From Nemertoderma westbladi (Eukaryota > Animalia > Xenacoelomorpha), in contig JAUCBJ010005486.1 in assembly GCA_032718475.1 (NCBI GenBank), positions 238-64,237 of the forward strand: DNA of 64,000 nucleotides, in the 5' to 3' direction. Below the pieces are notes generated by a model. That model saw only the letters and a program-made list of their open reading frames with translations, did not search any database and was not told the origin of the DNA. The position numbers and the translations under genes are program-made. This document shows, one piece after another, positions 37,856 to 48,978 of the stretch. The stretch's first letter is position 1. Every line of letters begins with the position of its first letter.

Positions 37856-39627
37856 CAAGGTGTACTAAATAACAGGTCATGAAGCGAGAGGGGTATAGAA
37901 ATTAGCGGGGGCCTAACTAAGCAACAGCGTACCTACTGTATAGTACTCGTTTCTACTGTATAATACAATTCCAGAATTCCATAGAGTTGATTAGTAAATG
38001 CGACACCCGTGTTTTATAAATGTTGGTTGTGTGACTAGCTATTTGCTAGAGTAGGCTACTCTACATATAAATGCTAGAAACATTGGATGCAACGTAATGT
38101 TGTTATTGTACGATAATTAAGTAAAATATTTGTCAAAACACAAAGAGGAACACCTTAAATACATTGTACTGTACAAGCCTAATACATATATCAGAAGCCC
38201 GCCTATTGTTACTAGGACCACACTCGGGTCCTCAGCGTCACACTATTCGTGAAGAAAGATGGGGAGAAAGTGTAGTGTTGCTGGTTGTCGTACGGGGTAC
38301 AAACCCACTGAAGATAATCCTGGTCCTGGTCCCAATCCCAAGGTAACAATGCACAGATTTCCCACGGACCCAACCGAACTTCAGAAGTGGCTACATCGGC
38401 TACCGAATTTTATAGACCCTGATGCAGTCACCGGAAATATGGGAGTGTGTGGATTGCACTGGCCTGGTGGTTGTGCCATGAGGACAGCACCCGGCGGTGC
38501 TTTATCACCAGTGAATGCACCAAGCATCTTCATAACGGAACTGAACCGTGGCGGTTTGGTTTATCCGGATGATGAGTTGGTTTCTTTTTGCTTTCTAGCA
38601 TTCAACTTCTTTCGTCAATCACCAACACAGTTCTGCCGTACGATTTTCGTGCAAGCTCTGAAGAATATTGCCGAGATATATTTCACTGATGGAATGTTTA
38701 CTTTTCCGTTTTTCAGGAAACTCTCAAACGTGTTGTTTCATAATTTCTGCCACAATACGGTGAAGGTCGCTGATGTGACACCGAAGCGGTGCAGGAACGA
38801 CAAAGACCAGTCCAAAGTTCGAAAACTCCGACAATTGTCATTAAACTGTATTTTGTACTACAATGTTTGTGAATTATAATGATAAAACAGTGCAATAAAT
38901 TTAACACTCAGATAAAAAATATATTGAAATGATCCGAAACATAACCAGTTTATCATCATATCTATTCTAACTGACATTCTGAAAGATTGCGTGTGGCACA
39001 TTTGTTAAATTGTAAAAGCACTGCAAACAATAGCAATACTCTAATGATTGAAAGTCCATCAAATGACAAAACGTAAAATTTATAAGTATTTTTCGTCCCA
39101 TAGTGAAATAAAGTACCGGGAAAATAACGTAAAGTAACAAATTGGAAACATTAATAAAGCAACTATGAAAAAGTGTGTTCGTTTGCAATGTATAATGATA
39201 CCATATAATGTTACGTTTAACAGTCAACAGTGAAATAAAGTAACACAGGTGAGTGAAATAAAGTGAATGGTCACTAATCTTCAAACCATGTAATACAGGA
39301 TATGTTTCCGCAGGCTGACATAGATATTATGATAATTCAACGTGACGTGGCCGAGATAATGTACAATGTTGTGTTTAAAAGTGAAATAAACTAACTTAGG
39401 AATGTGAAATAAAGTGATGAATGACCAATAATTTTCAAACCATGTGATAGAAGATATGTGTCGGCATGTTCACAGAAATTTTAAAAAAATTTCACCAAGA
39501 TGCCGCTGAGATATATATGATAGTGTGCGGTGCTTTAAAACCATATCAGTAAACGCTATTGCTTACTTAGGCCCCCGCTAATTTCAATACCCCCCTCGCT
39601 GCATGACCTGTTATTTAGTACACCTTG
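37856..39627 (+). mobile_element. Internally deleted P-element/THAP9-type transposon
   Basis: About 75-bp TIRs (CAAGGTGTACTAAATAACAGGTCATG...), 8-bp TSD GGGTGGAG (37848-37855, 39628-39635), THAP ORF inside. Confidence 0.88.
38259..38879 (+). CDS. THAP zinc finger fused in frame to the transposase C-terminus (206 aa)
   Basis: C2CH THAP signature CSVAGC...HRFP...W...VCGLHW...APS, directly followed by LNRGGLVYP; no catalytic core. Confidence 0.75.
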   Translation: MGRKCSVAGCRTGYKPTEDNPGPGPNPKVTMHRFPTDPTELQKWLHRLPNFIDPDAVTGNMGVCGLHWPGGCAMRTAPGGALSPVNAPSIFITELNRGGLVYPDDELVSFCFLAFNFFRQSPTQFCRTIFVQALKNIAEIYFTDGMFTFPFFRKLSNVLFHNFCHNTVKVADVTPKRCRNDKDQSKVRKLRQLSLNCILYYNVCEL

Positions 39628-40601
39628 GGGTGGAGGTTGATGTATTGACGCTACGGCTAATATATAGCCTGCTTCTAGCCAAAGTTACCCGTTGCCATGG
39701 CAACTGGGAACTTAAAAGTAGTGGATATTGTCCTTATACTTGATATATTGGTGGTAGACTCTGATCCCATGACGCTACGACCACCGCATTACGCCCGTTT
39801 AAAGCCTGTTGCTAAGGACAATGTCATTACTGCTAACTTTGAAGGTTGTTCTCACTTGGTTACTAAGGTATATTACAATTATTTGTGACGGGATCCAAGG
39901 AGGATCCCGGTTTATCCGGTTGTTCCAATTACGCGTCCCCGCCGTGTGAGTGAAAAGAGTTTAGTTAAGAGTTCTAATATTGTTGATGTTCTAACGGTAT
40001 AAATATAATATGACAAGCACAAACAGTTATTACAGCAGAATAAGATGATTGATATATGAGTGAATGATGACAGCAGTGGACGGGGACGGTATTAGAAGTC
40101 TCCGCTCTGCCCTAGCTAACCGACTAACAGAATGAGATAACTGATAACATGACAACTGGTAACTGGTAATATATTGCACGGGTTGGCCGTTGTTACATTA
40201 CTCAGCCGGTGCCTTCCCCCCATTGGATAATAACCCTGTTGTCGCCCTTTTACCTCCCCTGAAGTGCTTCCCTTCGCCCCTGCTATTCTCTCTCTTCCAG
40301 GGGTGTAACCCCTGACCTCTATTGTGCGTTTCTCCTTCCCACTTTGTTGGGGTGACACGAGGTTGGGCAATCAACCTCGTGCTCCCAATATTGCGTAACG
40401 GCTCATTTTGTGGGGTGTTAGCGGAATTGGATAAGCTAACATTATTTAATAATTATTATTTTATTTAAGTATTTAAGACCACTTAAGCTGGACAGTCTAA
40501 TAAAAGGAAACTGATAATTTTGCTATCAAATTAATATGGCAGCACAAATGCCAGTGTTCTAGAATGTTTTGAAATTGATAGTTGTTAGTTTTACTTATAT
40601 A

Positions 40602-41513
40602 CACCATGTCCTGGAATATAGTGTCGTTATTCTGGTACATGCCCCCCCCCCCCCCCCCCAAAAAAAAAAAAATTTTCTACAAATATTAATGAGATTACAT
40701 GAAATTTGAAACAGAGATAGTTTCACCTCCCTCCTCATTGCTGGGTGAGCCAGAATTTTTATTTTCGCTTTCATTCTTTAGCTACAAGCTTTTGAAAATA
40801 GTGTCTCCGGCGGAATTGCACCAGTCACACCGCATTTATTCTCCAACCTTATTATGATTTGTTAGTACTAATTTAAAGCCAGTCGTACAAGGATTCCAAA
40901 AATGTATAAACCTTTGAATTTGGTAGAGAAATATCCGAGATATGGGAATTCGAAAGTTGCATGTATTTGCTTCCCCTGCACGCCATTTATTCTATTTAAT
41001 AAATACATCAAATTCTGGAACATTTTGTTTATCCCGTACGTAGCTGGGCAACAATGCAATGCTTCTTTAAACATACTATTATGTAGCTATTCATACATAA
41101 ACAAAATGTTCTAGAGTGTTTATATTTAATAGAACAAAACAGCCTCGCGCAGGTGCAAAACCATGAAACTTTTGAACGCTCATATCTCAGCTATTTCACA
41201 ACCAAATTCAAATATTTTTACATTTTTGGAATCCTTGCATGGTTAGCTTTCTATTTCTACCAACGAATCGCGATAAGGTTCATGAATAACTGCAGTGTAA
41301 CTGGTGAAATATCACTGGAGACACCTTTTTCAAACGCTTGTAGCTAAAGATTGAAAGCAAAAATAAAAATTCTGGCTTACCCAGTAAGGAGGAGGGTGGT
41401 GAACCTAACTCTGTTTCAAATTTCATGCAATCTCATTAAGATTTGTAGAAAAATTTGGGGGGGGGGAGGGGTCCATATACCAGAATAACGACACTATATT
41501 CCAGGAAATGGTG
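40602..41513. mobile_element. Palindromic MITE, TA TSD, inverted arms of about 300 bp
   Basis: TA-CACCATGTCCTGGAATATAGTGTCGTTATTCTGGTA ... TACCAGAATAACGACACTATATTCCAGGAAATGGTG-TA. Confidence 0.85.
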
Positions 41514-41692
41514 TAAATTATGTTAATAATCATATTTAAAAAATAGGAAATTGGAAATATTTAACATTTTAACTGATTAAATTAAACATAAAGTAACGTT
41601 TTAAATGGAGGTACAGTACTGTAGTAGGCCTACCTGTAGTTAATGAAGTTACTTTTTGATTTATAGTATTTCATTTGGTTCGTATCAACGCT

Positions 41693-42622
41693 ATGGCCAC
41701 CCAAAGCAACTATTATGATACCCTTTCGGATACAGCGGGATTAATTTTAGCTTTTAATAGAACTCATTACAGAGTTTTAAAAATTCGTGACCCGCCATTG
41801 ACAATTTCCTTCGATGGTAGAACAATGTCCCTTAATTGGCACACACTACATACAAGAAATGAAGGAAGAATTGTGAGATTTGATCCTCAGCACAAGACTT
41901 CAATACACGCTGGTGATTACCCTTTTATGGAATCCTTCCACTGTGTAAAGATAGAAAATATTAACTCCTATAGCTATTACATTGGATTTCAAAATCATTA
42001 CGACGTTATTAAGTTCTACGAAGCACTCAACCAAATCGACAAAAATCAATCTCAATTGAATTGTACGCTTGTAAATGATCCCATTTGGAATGGAAGAGAA
42101 CACCCACTGGGGAAGCTGCAACATACGGCACAGCAACCACATGGTAGTAGTGGGGCGCACCCACGGCCGTATCCACCGGTAGAGCAACCACATGGTTGGT
42201 CACGTTGGGCGCAGCCACCGGTGCTGCCACCGCTGTCAGCAACGGGGAAGGCGCTCTATGGGGCAACAGGAAGTATAAATAGGAGAAGTGAAGATTTCGA
42301 AGGGGGGTCAGGGAGGTTGGATAGTGACCCGGTGGTCTCAGCTCATCAGAATAGACGCCATGTTGCAACACTAACAAACCTAACAACCATGTTGGTAGCG
42401 AATATGGAGGTCGACGAGTTACTTATTATACTCCAGAGCAGTGGTGTGTTGGATTCACATGAAACCGAATTGGTCAGAACACGTAGAACCAGCCAAGACA
42501 AAAATATTGAGCTAATTGAAATTATGAAGATGAAAACACTTAGCGATTTCCTTGTATTCGTTATGGCTTTGGAGTCAACCAACCAAAAACACATTGCTGA
42601 TGAAATTTGTAAAAAAATTTAA
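41693..42622 (+). CDS. Intronless protein with C-terminal CARD-like death-fold domain and putative N-terminal PH-like domain
   Basis: Intact 309-aa ORF from ATG 41693. C-terminus LVANMEVDELLIILQSSGVLDSHETELVRTRRTSQDKNIELIEIM..FLVFVMALESTNQKHIADEI fits the CARD pattern. AATAAA at about 42759. Confidence 0.72.
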   Translation: MATQSNYYDTLSDTAGLILAFNRTHYRVLKIRDPPLTISFDGRTMSLNWHTLHTRNEGRIVRFDPQHKTSIHAGDYPFMESFHCVKIENINSYSYYIGFQNHYDVIKFYEALNQIDKNQSQLNCTLVNDPIWNGREHPLGKLQHTAQQPHGSSGAHPRPYPPVEQPHGWSRWAQPPVLPPLSATGKALYGATGSINRRSEDFEGGSGRLDSDPVVSAHQNRRHVATLTNLTTMLVANMEVDELLIILQSSGVLDSHETELVRTRRTSQDKNIELIEIMKMKTLSDFLVFVMALESTNQKHIADEICKKI

Positions 42623-43082
42623 GAACAATGTGAAGATTAACAACATTTTTCTTAATTAAGACAAAAAACAGCTTTAATTATATTTTACAGTGAATATAAC
42701 AATTAAGTTAATTTAACAATTTATAATCTATTATTTTGTAACAAATATTGAAAGCAATAATAAACACATTATATCACTCAATTATTACGTCCTTATGGTA
42801 TTAGTTCTAGTAACGATTTTCTCTAACTTTTAGTTCAAAACTTAATGTTAACAGGAAAGCAATGAAAAGTGTTGCCATTGCATCATAGTACAGGTCGATC
42901 ATGTATGTAGTTTTGCGACACTTGAGAAAAACATGGACTAATAAATTGGTGGAAAAGTGCCACATGTTTTTCCAAATTGCAAATGTGCCACTATTGTTAG
43001 ATTCAAGTTTAGAAAAATTCTGGTCATGCAAGAAGCAAAATATATATATGAATAAACTGTATCAAACATAATATTTACCAAC

Positions 43083-43266
43083 CAGTTTGTCGTTGAGGTA
43101 CCAAACGAGATCTGGCATAGGTCTCCCAACAACTCGGCAGTCCAACCGAGCGTTTTTTCCTTCCTTGGCTCGCACTGCGTTGGGGAGATTAGTAAAGTGG
43201 GGGGCATAAAGTTTCTCTTGTACGCCGCCTTCGGTGTGGTGAGAGCGGCGTTGAGCCTTGGAATCC
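43083..43266 (-). CDS. TTN: Titin-like exon (EKLYAPHF...EGKNARLDCRVVGRPMPDLVWYLN)
   Basis: TTTAG acceptor, GTTGGT donor, phase 0 into 26368. VVGRPMP as in titin Z-disk Ig (recalled). Confidence 0.85.
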
Positions 43267-43404
43267 CTAAATAAACATATGTAAGTACATTAGTACACTT
43301 AATACCTAGAGAAATGACATATTAGTAAATTGAATTCATAAGTAAATATTTGAAACCCTCGGCCTATAGGAAAGATACATAATACATAGGAGAAACAAAC
43401 GAAC

Positions 43405-43646
43405 CTTACCACCATCTGCTTCATGGTGCCGGTAATATGATCAGGTATTTCCGGGTCACCTTGTCCATCGATATACATGCTACCAGAAGAGACAGCAACA
43501 TCATTGGGGTTGTCTGCCAGCACAGTGTAATGACCCGCATCTTCGGGGAAAACGACATTCACGCATAGAGTAGCTATCCCTGACTTATAAACCGAACTTA
43601 TTCGTTGGGACGGACGGACTGGTTTACCCTCCTTGAACCACGCGAT
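43405..43646 (-). CDS. TTN: Titin-like exon (IAWFKEGKP...VVFPEDAGHYTVLADN)
   Basis: TTTAG acceptor, phase 0. Donor ambiguous: exon ends at 43405 (GTTCGT) or 43410 (GTAAGG). Confidence 0.85.
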
Positions 43647-43781
43647 CTAAATGTAATAAATGGAACCCGCTAACTAACAGAGTAATAAATAAATTGTGTA
43701 CGAGTTGGTAAGTACTTCGGGTGTCAGTAGCTGAATCTTGGATATTATTTGCGTGAATATTTATCGGTAATGAAATGTAAT

Positions 43782-44338
43782 TAGTGCCCGAGAATATTGT
43801 CTGCAAGTTCGACGTTAGTGCCCGCGAGTGATTAGCGCAGAAGACCTTGTCTGCAAGAGAGACGTTAGTTCCCGCGAGTCATTAGTGCCCGAGGACCTTG
43901 TCTGCAAGTGAGACGTTAGTGTCCGCGAGTCATTAGTGCCCGAGGACCTTGTCTGCAAGTGAGACGTTAGTGTCCGAGAGTCATTAGTGCCCGAAGACCT
44001 TGTCTGCAAGTGAGACGTTAGTGTCCGCGAGTCATTAGTGCCCGAGGACCTTGTCTGCAAGTGAGACGTTAGTGCCCGCGAGTCATTAGTGACCGAGGAC
44101 CTTGTCTGCAAGTGAGACGTTAGTGTCCGCGAGTCATTAGTGCCCGAAGACCTTGTCTGCAAGTGAGACGTTAGTGTCCGCGAGTCATTAGTGCCCGAGG
44201 ACCTTGTCTGCAAGTGAGACGTTAGTGCCCGCGAGTCATTAGTGACCGAGGACCTTGTCTGCAAGTGAGACGCTAGTGTCCGCGAGTCATTAGTGCCCGA
44301 GGACCTTGTCTGCAAGTGAGACGTTAGTGCCCTCGAGT
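43782..44338. repeat. 51-bp intronic minisatellite (about 11 units)
   Basis: Unit GACGTTAGTGTCCGCGAGTCATTAGTGCCCGAGGACCTTGTCTGCAAGTGA. Confidence 0.95.
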
Positions 44339-44395
44339 CTGTATACAGTGATTACAGCTTGTAGTATATTTTTTTAATATGTATGTGTACATTAC

Positions 44396-44530
44396 CTTCG
44401 GGGACGGATTTCCAGTTATTCGACATTGGAAAACAGCCGGAGAACCCTCAAGTATTTTGCAGTCGTGTAGTTTAGTAGTAAACTGAGGAGGTCGGGGGTT
44501 TCCGCCTTGAGAAGAAGAATCAACATCAGC
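44396..44530 (-). CDS. TTN: Titin-like exon (PPQFTTKLHDCKILEGSPAVFQCRITGNPSPK)
   Basis: TTTAG acceptor, GTAATG donor, 45 codons phase 0/0, Ig I-set start. Confidence 0.85.
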
Positions 44531-45349
44531 CTAAATAAAAATATTAGACAATAAACATCATAAACATCATTTATTTCAAATTTTAGGGGCAATTTTTATT
44601 GCTGCATGTTGCCAATACTAGTCTGGTTCCTTTTTGCCAAAATAATGATGGCGAAGGCAAATTCGGGTAATGGCTGGCCAACGGTTTTAAGCTAAATCGA
44701 CTGTGCTGATTCCGAATCCGTCTGATGCCAAGCTCAATTGTGAATTGTTGGGTCCCGTTTCACCATGGGCTAAAATCATGAAACATTCCAAATATATTGT
44801 CAATATGACCCTCTATATTTTTAATGGTGGCGCCACAAAAATGGAATAGCAGTTGCCATGTATCCATGGAAACTAGCAAAAAATAACCTTGTACAATGTT
44901 TCATCACTTTACATATAGTTACTATCAGTTTAAAAAGAAATCCATTTAGGGTCAATTACCTTACATGTTCATAACCCAAGACAATTATATACTGTCGCAG
45001 CACGTCTTTTCTTATTACCATAGCAACGGGAAACATTTTGTAATATGTAGAATATCCGTCAGAAACATGTCGTATGTATTTCAGATGCATATCAATATGT
45101 TATATAGTCAACATTCATGATCACAAGCGAAGTCATTATTTTATTGTTACCATAGCAACGGGCATATTTTATTATTTATGTATTTCCAATATCGTTTTGG
45201 TATTTTATTCGCCTTAGAGGTTAATAATTTAAGGAGTTTTGATAATTAAAAGTATATGGGATCTTCTGTAGTTATTCTATTTGACAAAGTCATGTTTTAT
45301 GGTCATAGCAACGGGAGTTTTCCTCCTAATCCGGGAATAAGGATCCGGG

Positions 45350-45422
45350 AGCGGAGGCGGCTTTGTTCTAATGTCAAGCTTCGGGGAACCAATGAGACAC
45401 CTCCAATGTTATATAGTGTCTG
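45350..45422 (-). mobile_element. About 70-bp RTE fragment
   Basis: Reverse complement of about 137-208 (QTLYNIGGVSLVP.SLTLEQ.RLR). Confidence 0.8.
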
Positions 45423-45429
45423 AGTAGTA

Positions 45430-45720
45430 CAGTCTTGGGCGGCTCGGCGACAGTTAGACCCCACTGACTGGCGACAGAATGTCTGGGTGACACCCAATGT
45501 CACCCTATGGGTGTCATTGGCGCCAGACTGTCTGGGTGAAACCTCCTAATTAGGCTAATAAGACCCTAATTGACCGGTGTCATCAATTAATTAGTACTAT
45601 TAAACCCTAATAGGTGTCTTACGACTCCTAATTAGGGTTTAATTGATTATCCTAATTAATCAATCCGATACGCAATGGTGTCAGTGTTGTCTAACTGTCG
45701 CCTAGAGGCCCAAGAGGGTG
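45430..45720. mobile_element. Small MITE
   Basis: CTTGGGC..GGCGACAGTTAGAC / GTCTAACTGTCGCC..GGCCCAAG inverted ends. Confidence 0.55.
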
Positions 45721-45931
45721 TCATAAGGGTGACACCGCAACTCTTTTATTTATTAATACTTATTTATTTGTATTTAATTTTAATTTATTTATTTGTATTT
45801 ATTTTTACTTTATTTATTTAAACTTTATTTAATTGTACTTTATTTTAAATTAATTAATTGTATTACTTTTACTTGATTTATTTGTATTTAATTTTAAATT
45901 AATTATTTATTTGTACTTTATTTTAAATTAT

Positions 45932-48110
45932 AGTTTCCAGGTATAGGAGATAGTTTCCATCAACAAAAATACCCGCAATGTTGGAATTCGTCTTTGACAT
46001 CTGCCTTACCTAAAAGATGTGATTCATCATTTTCTGAAAAAACCAGCTTCAGACCAGTATGTGTTACTCCTTTGAGTTCTAGGTGTTTAGACAGATTGGC
46101 TCTAGATATATTTCGTAATGCAAGTAAATCCACTGATGATATTTTTCAATTTGCATACAAAACAGGTTATTCTAAAGCTGATGCGATCTTATACCTCCTT
46201 CATCAGATTACAAAAGCGTTAGATGAAAGACACACAATTTTAAAATGTTTATTCATAGACTACTCATCTGCTTTTAACACAGTGTTACAAAACAAGTTTT
46301 TAAACAGACTTTTAGACGAATTACCAATAGAGATGCGTTGGTTGGCCAGCTGGCTTCACTCATACATGAGTGGTTTCTCTCAATCGGTTAAATCTGGAAA
46401 AAACATATCTTCCTCTATTTCACTGAAAGTTGGTTTTCCCCAAGGGGGTCCTCTTAGTGGACCTTTGTTTACCAAAGACACTGATGAAATTCGAGCTGAC
46501 GATGGATCCCTAGCAAAATATTCTGATGACTCAAGAAATCTACAGGCGATAAGGCATTCTGCAGAAAATGATAAATATAAGTCTAACATCCAGCGAATTG
46601 TTGAGCTATCACATGGAAAAAACTTAAAGATAAACGCAAAGAAATCTGAAGAACTATGTTTCATTCCAATGAACTTTAAAGAACAGAAAGTTCTAGATAT
46701 CGCAGAAGAAATAATCCACATAGATGGTGACGAGGTTCCGCGTCCGTCCGAAGTGAAACATCTTGGAATATGGATTGCAAATAATCTATCATGGAAAACT
46801 CATATATTTAAACTTATAAAAAGAGTAAATTACATAGTTCGCCAATTCATCCGGTTTGCAAATAAAGATACAAAAATATTTCTCTTTGAAACCTACATTG
46901 TACCACAATATATGTACTGTGCGGTTGCGTGGGTCCCCCTCATTCCAAAGAATCTCAAAAAGAAGTTAAAGAGGCCACTGTCGCTGTTTGCCAAACACTC
47001 AAAAATTGAAAAACAAGTTTACATGAACAATATAAATGATGCGTTTTCCAAACAGTTCACCAACATGGTAAAGAAAATTGTGGACACGCCGAGTCATCCT
47101 CTACACGCTTTCATTATTGGTTTCCGATCAAACTCCACCGCAACTCGCAATAATTACAGAATGACTGATAGTTGTTTGTTTATTGACATAATTTTTGAGA
47201 TGGAAACTCGCATGTAATTCAAACCCTTCACCAATAGAGACACACACATTGATACATTGGCTACATACTGTACGTTTAATGCAATAATACCCTCCACCAA
47301 TACACACTTAAAATTAAGTCCAATTATACGCCGCTTCGTAATGCAAAAATGCGAAAAAAAAGAAAAATTCAATATATGTACATAACGCTCGTTTTTGTTC
47401 GTGTTCGTGAAATGGGCTATACTTAATGAGATGTATACTTAATTATTTGATTTATTATTAATTTATGGTTATTTTAATCCCTTCCTTGTTATTAATTTAT
47501 ACTTGAGCGGGCTCTAATACTTTAATAATTTTATGGCACATTGATGCGGATCGGGTTCCGAGGTTATCAAATACTCTGGACCAAGATCAGCTCTATACAC
47601 GGACCAAGATGTTTCAAAACTCTTTCGCTCCAAGTGCTATTAGATATCTTATAAACAATGAGATACCGATTTTCATGCAATGATATTTTATTTATGTATA
47701 GTTTTATCTACAATTCTTAAATATTGGCACGTTATTTTTAATTTAATTTTATTTTATTTCACTTATCTAGTTTGTAGGCTTATCGTTCAATTGTCAACGT
47801 ATTTTCAATTTTTATTTATTTATTTATTATTTTACTTAGCCTGATTTTAATTTTTATTAAGTTGCTAATCTCAGCTAACAAGTGACATATACGGTTTAAA
47901 GTTTTATTTATTTTTACTGGAAATATTCAATTTTTAGCCACCGGGGGGGGGAATTTTATCATACTTTTTAAAGTAATTTTAACGTATTATTTCTGTAATT
48001 ATAAAGTTTTATGTAATCTGTGTTTGTGATTAACGGTAATTTTCCTATTTACATTCCTCCATATGTACAGGTAATTAAACGAATTATTCATTCATTAATT
48101 CATTCATTAA
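45932..48110 (+). mobile_element. Rex1/Babar-like LINE, 5'-truncated (RT ORF 45994-47217)
   Basis: FRPV, QFAYK, FIDYSSAFNTV, PQGG.LS, YSDD, KHLG, PSHPLH. (ATTC)n-like tail at about 48085-48108. AT-rich repeat resumes on both sides. Confidence 0.8.
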
Positions 48111-48344
48111 TTAATTGTATTACTTTTACTTTTACTTTATACATTGATTTCTATTTTAATATTAATTAGTTTTTATATTACTAATGACATCATTATGACA
48201 TAATGTCTATATTTAGCTCTATGGTATACAGCTCCCATACCGTTAACTTTATAATCTTTCCTCTCGCGACCCCTTTGTCTTCGTTATTCAATGGCGCCAC
48301 TCTGGCTACCATTGAATAACATTGGGCAAACTTTATCTCGCCTC

Positions 48345-48445
48345 GTATGACGTCATCAAAGCTGCTCTCTGATTGGTTTAATTATACATTCTTTTCTCCC
48401 TCCTATCCCCCGATTGGCTATCCCATTCTATCCCCTCTATAATAG
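48345..48445 (+). promoter_or_regulatory. Compact Pol II promoter-like cluster
   Basis: TGACGTCA (CRE), two ATTGG (CCAAT) boxes and TATAAT 120-220 bp upstream of ATG 48565. Confidence 0.5.
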
Positions 48446-48978
48446 CCACCCGTTCACCGCATTCCCATTCACTGTCTCATTGTTTTCCTGAAAAGTTTTA
48501 GTTATTTTCTTAAAAGAATTTATTTATTTTTATTTCCTAAACGAGTTACCGGTACACATTCACGATGGCACATTCAGAAATCAGCTATTCAAGCAACGAT
48601 CTGGTTTGCAACGAAAATCAGTTTATGCTACTAGACAACTCGTTTGGTCTATATTTCGATTCGGCGAACAAACTCTTCCCGTTAACGATAAATACAACCT
48701 TAAACCAACCCATCCTGATTACGGCAAACTACACGCCCTTTATTTTCCGCGCCTGCTACGAACTTCACGATGGACAATATCAAACCCTCGACGATAATAA
48801 ACTTCATTCCTCCAACCACGGTTTCAAACTTTTAAAAAGGGACAACAAAATAAAGTTCAATCTAACTACTTCGCCCGAGACGTTTACGATTCCAACTAGT
48901 ATAGTCGATTTTATTCGAGAAAACATCAACCAAGATGTGGCAAATCGTTTACTGGGTTTAACCACTCTCGTAACCTCC

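Larger units (their letters stand above)
34716..39816. mobile_element. Foldback element with long imperfect inverted arms hosting three nested transposons
   Basis: 34721-34868 plus 36086-36270 is the reverse complement of about 37705-37855 plus 39636-39811 (e.g. GTGGTCGTAGCGTCATGGGATCAGAGTCTACCACCAATA / its reverse complement at about 39746-39784). Confidence 0.8.

Noticed and set aside
39884-40400. Possible solo LTR (TGTGACG...CGTAAC)
   Set aside because: No clean TG..CA ends or TSD; not supportable.
43815-44315. 166-aa repeat ORF as a titin alternative exon
   Set aside because: The nearest acceptor gives an immediate stop in phase 0, and inclusion would split an Ig domain.
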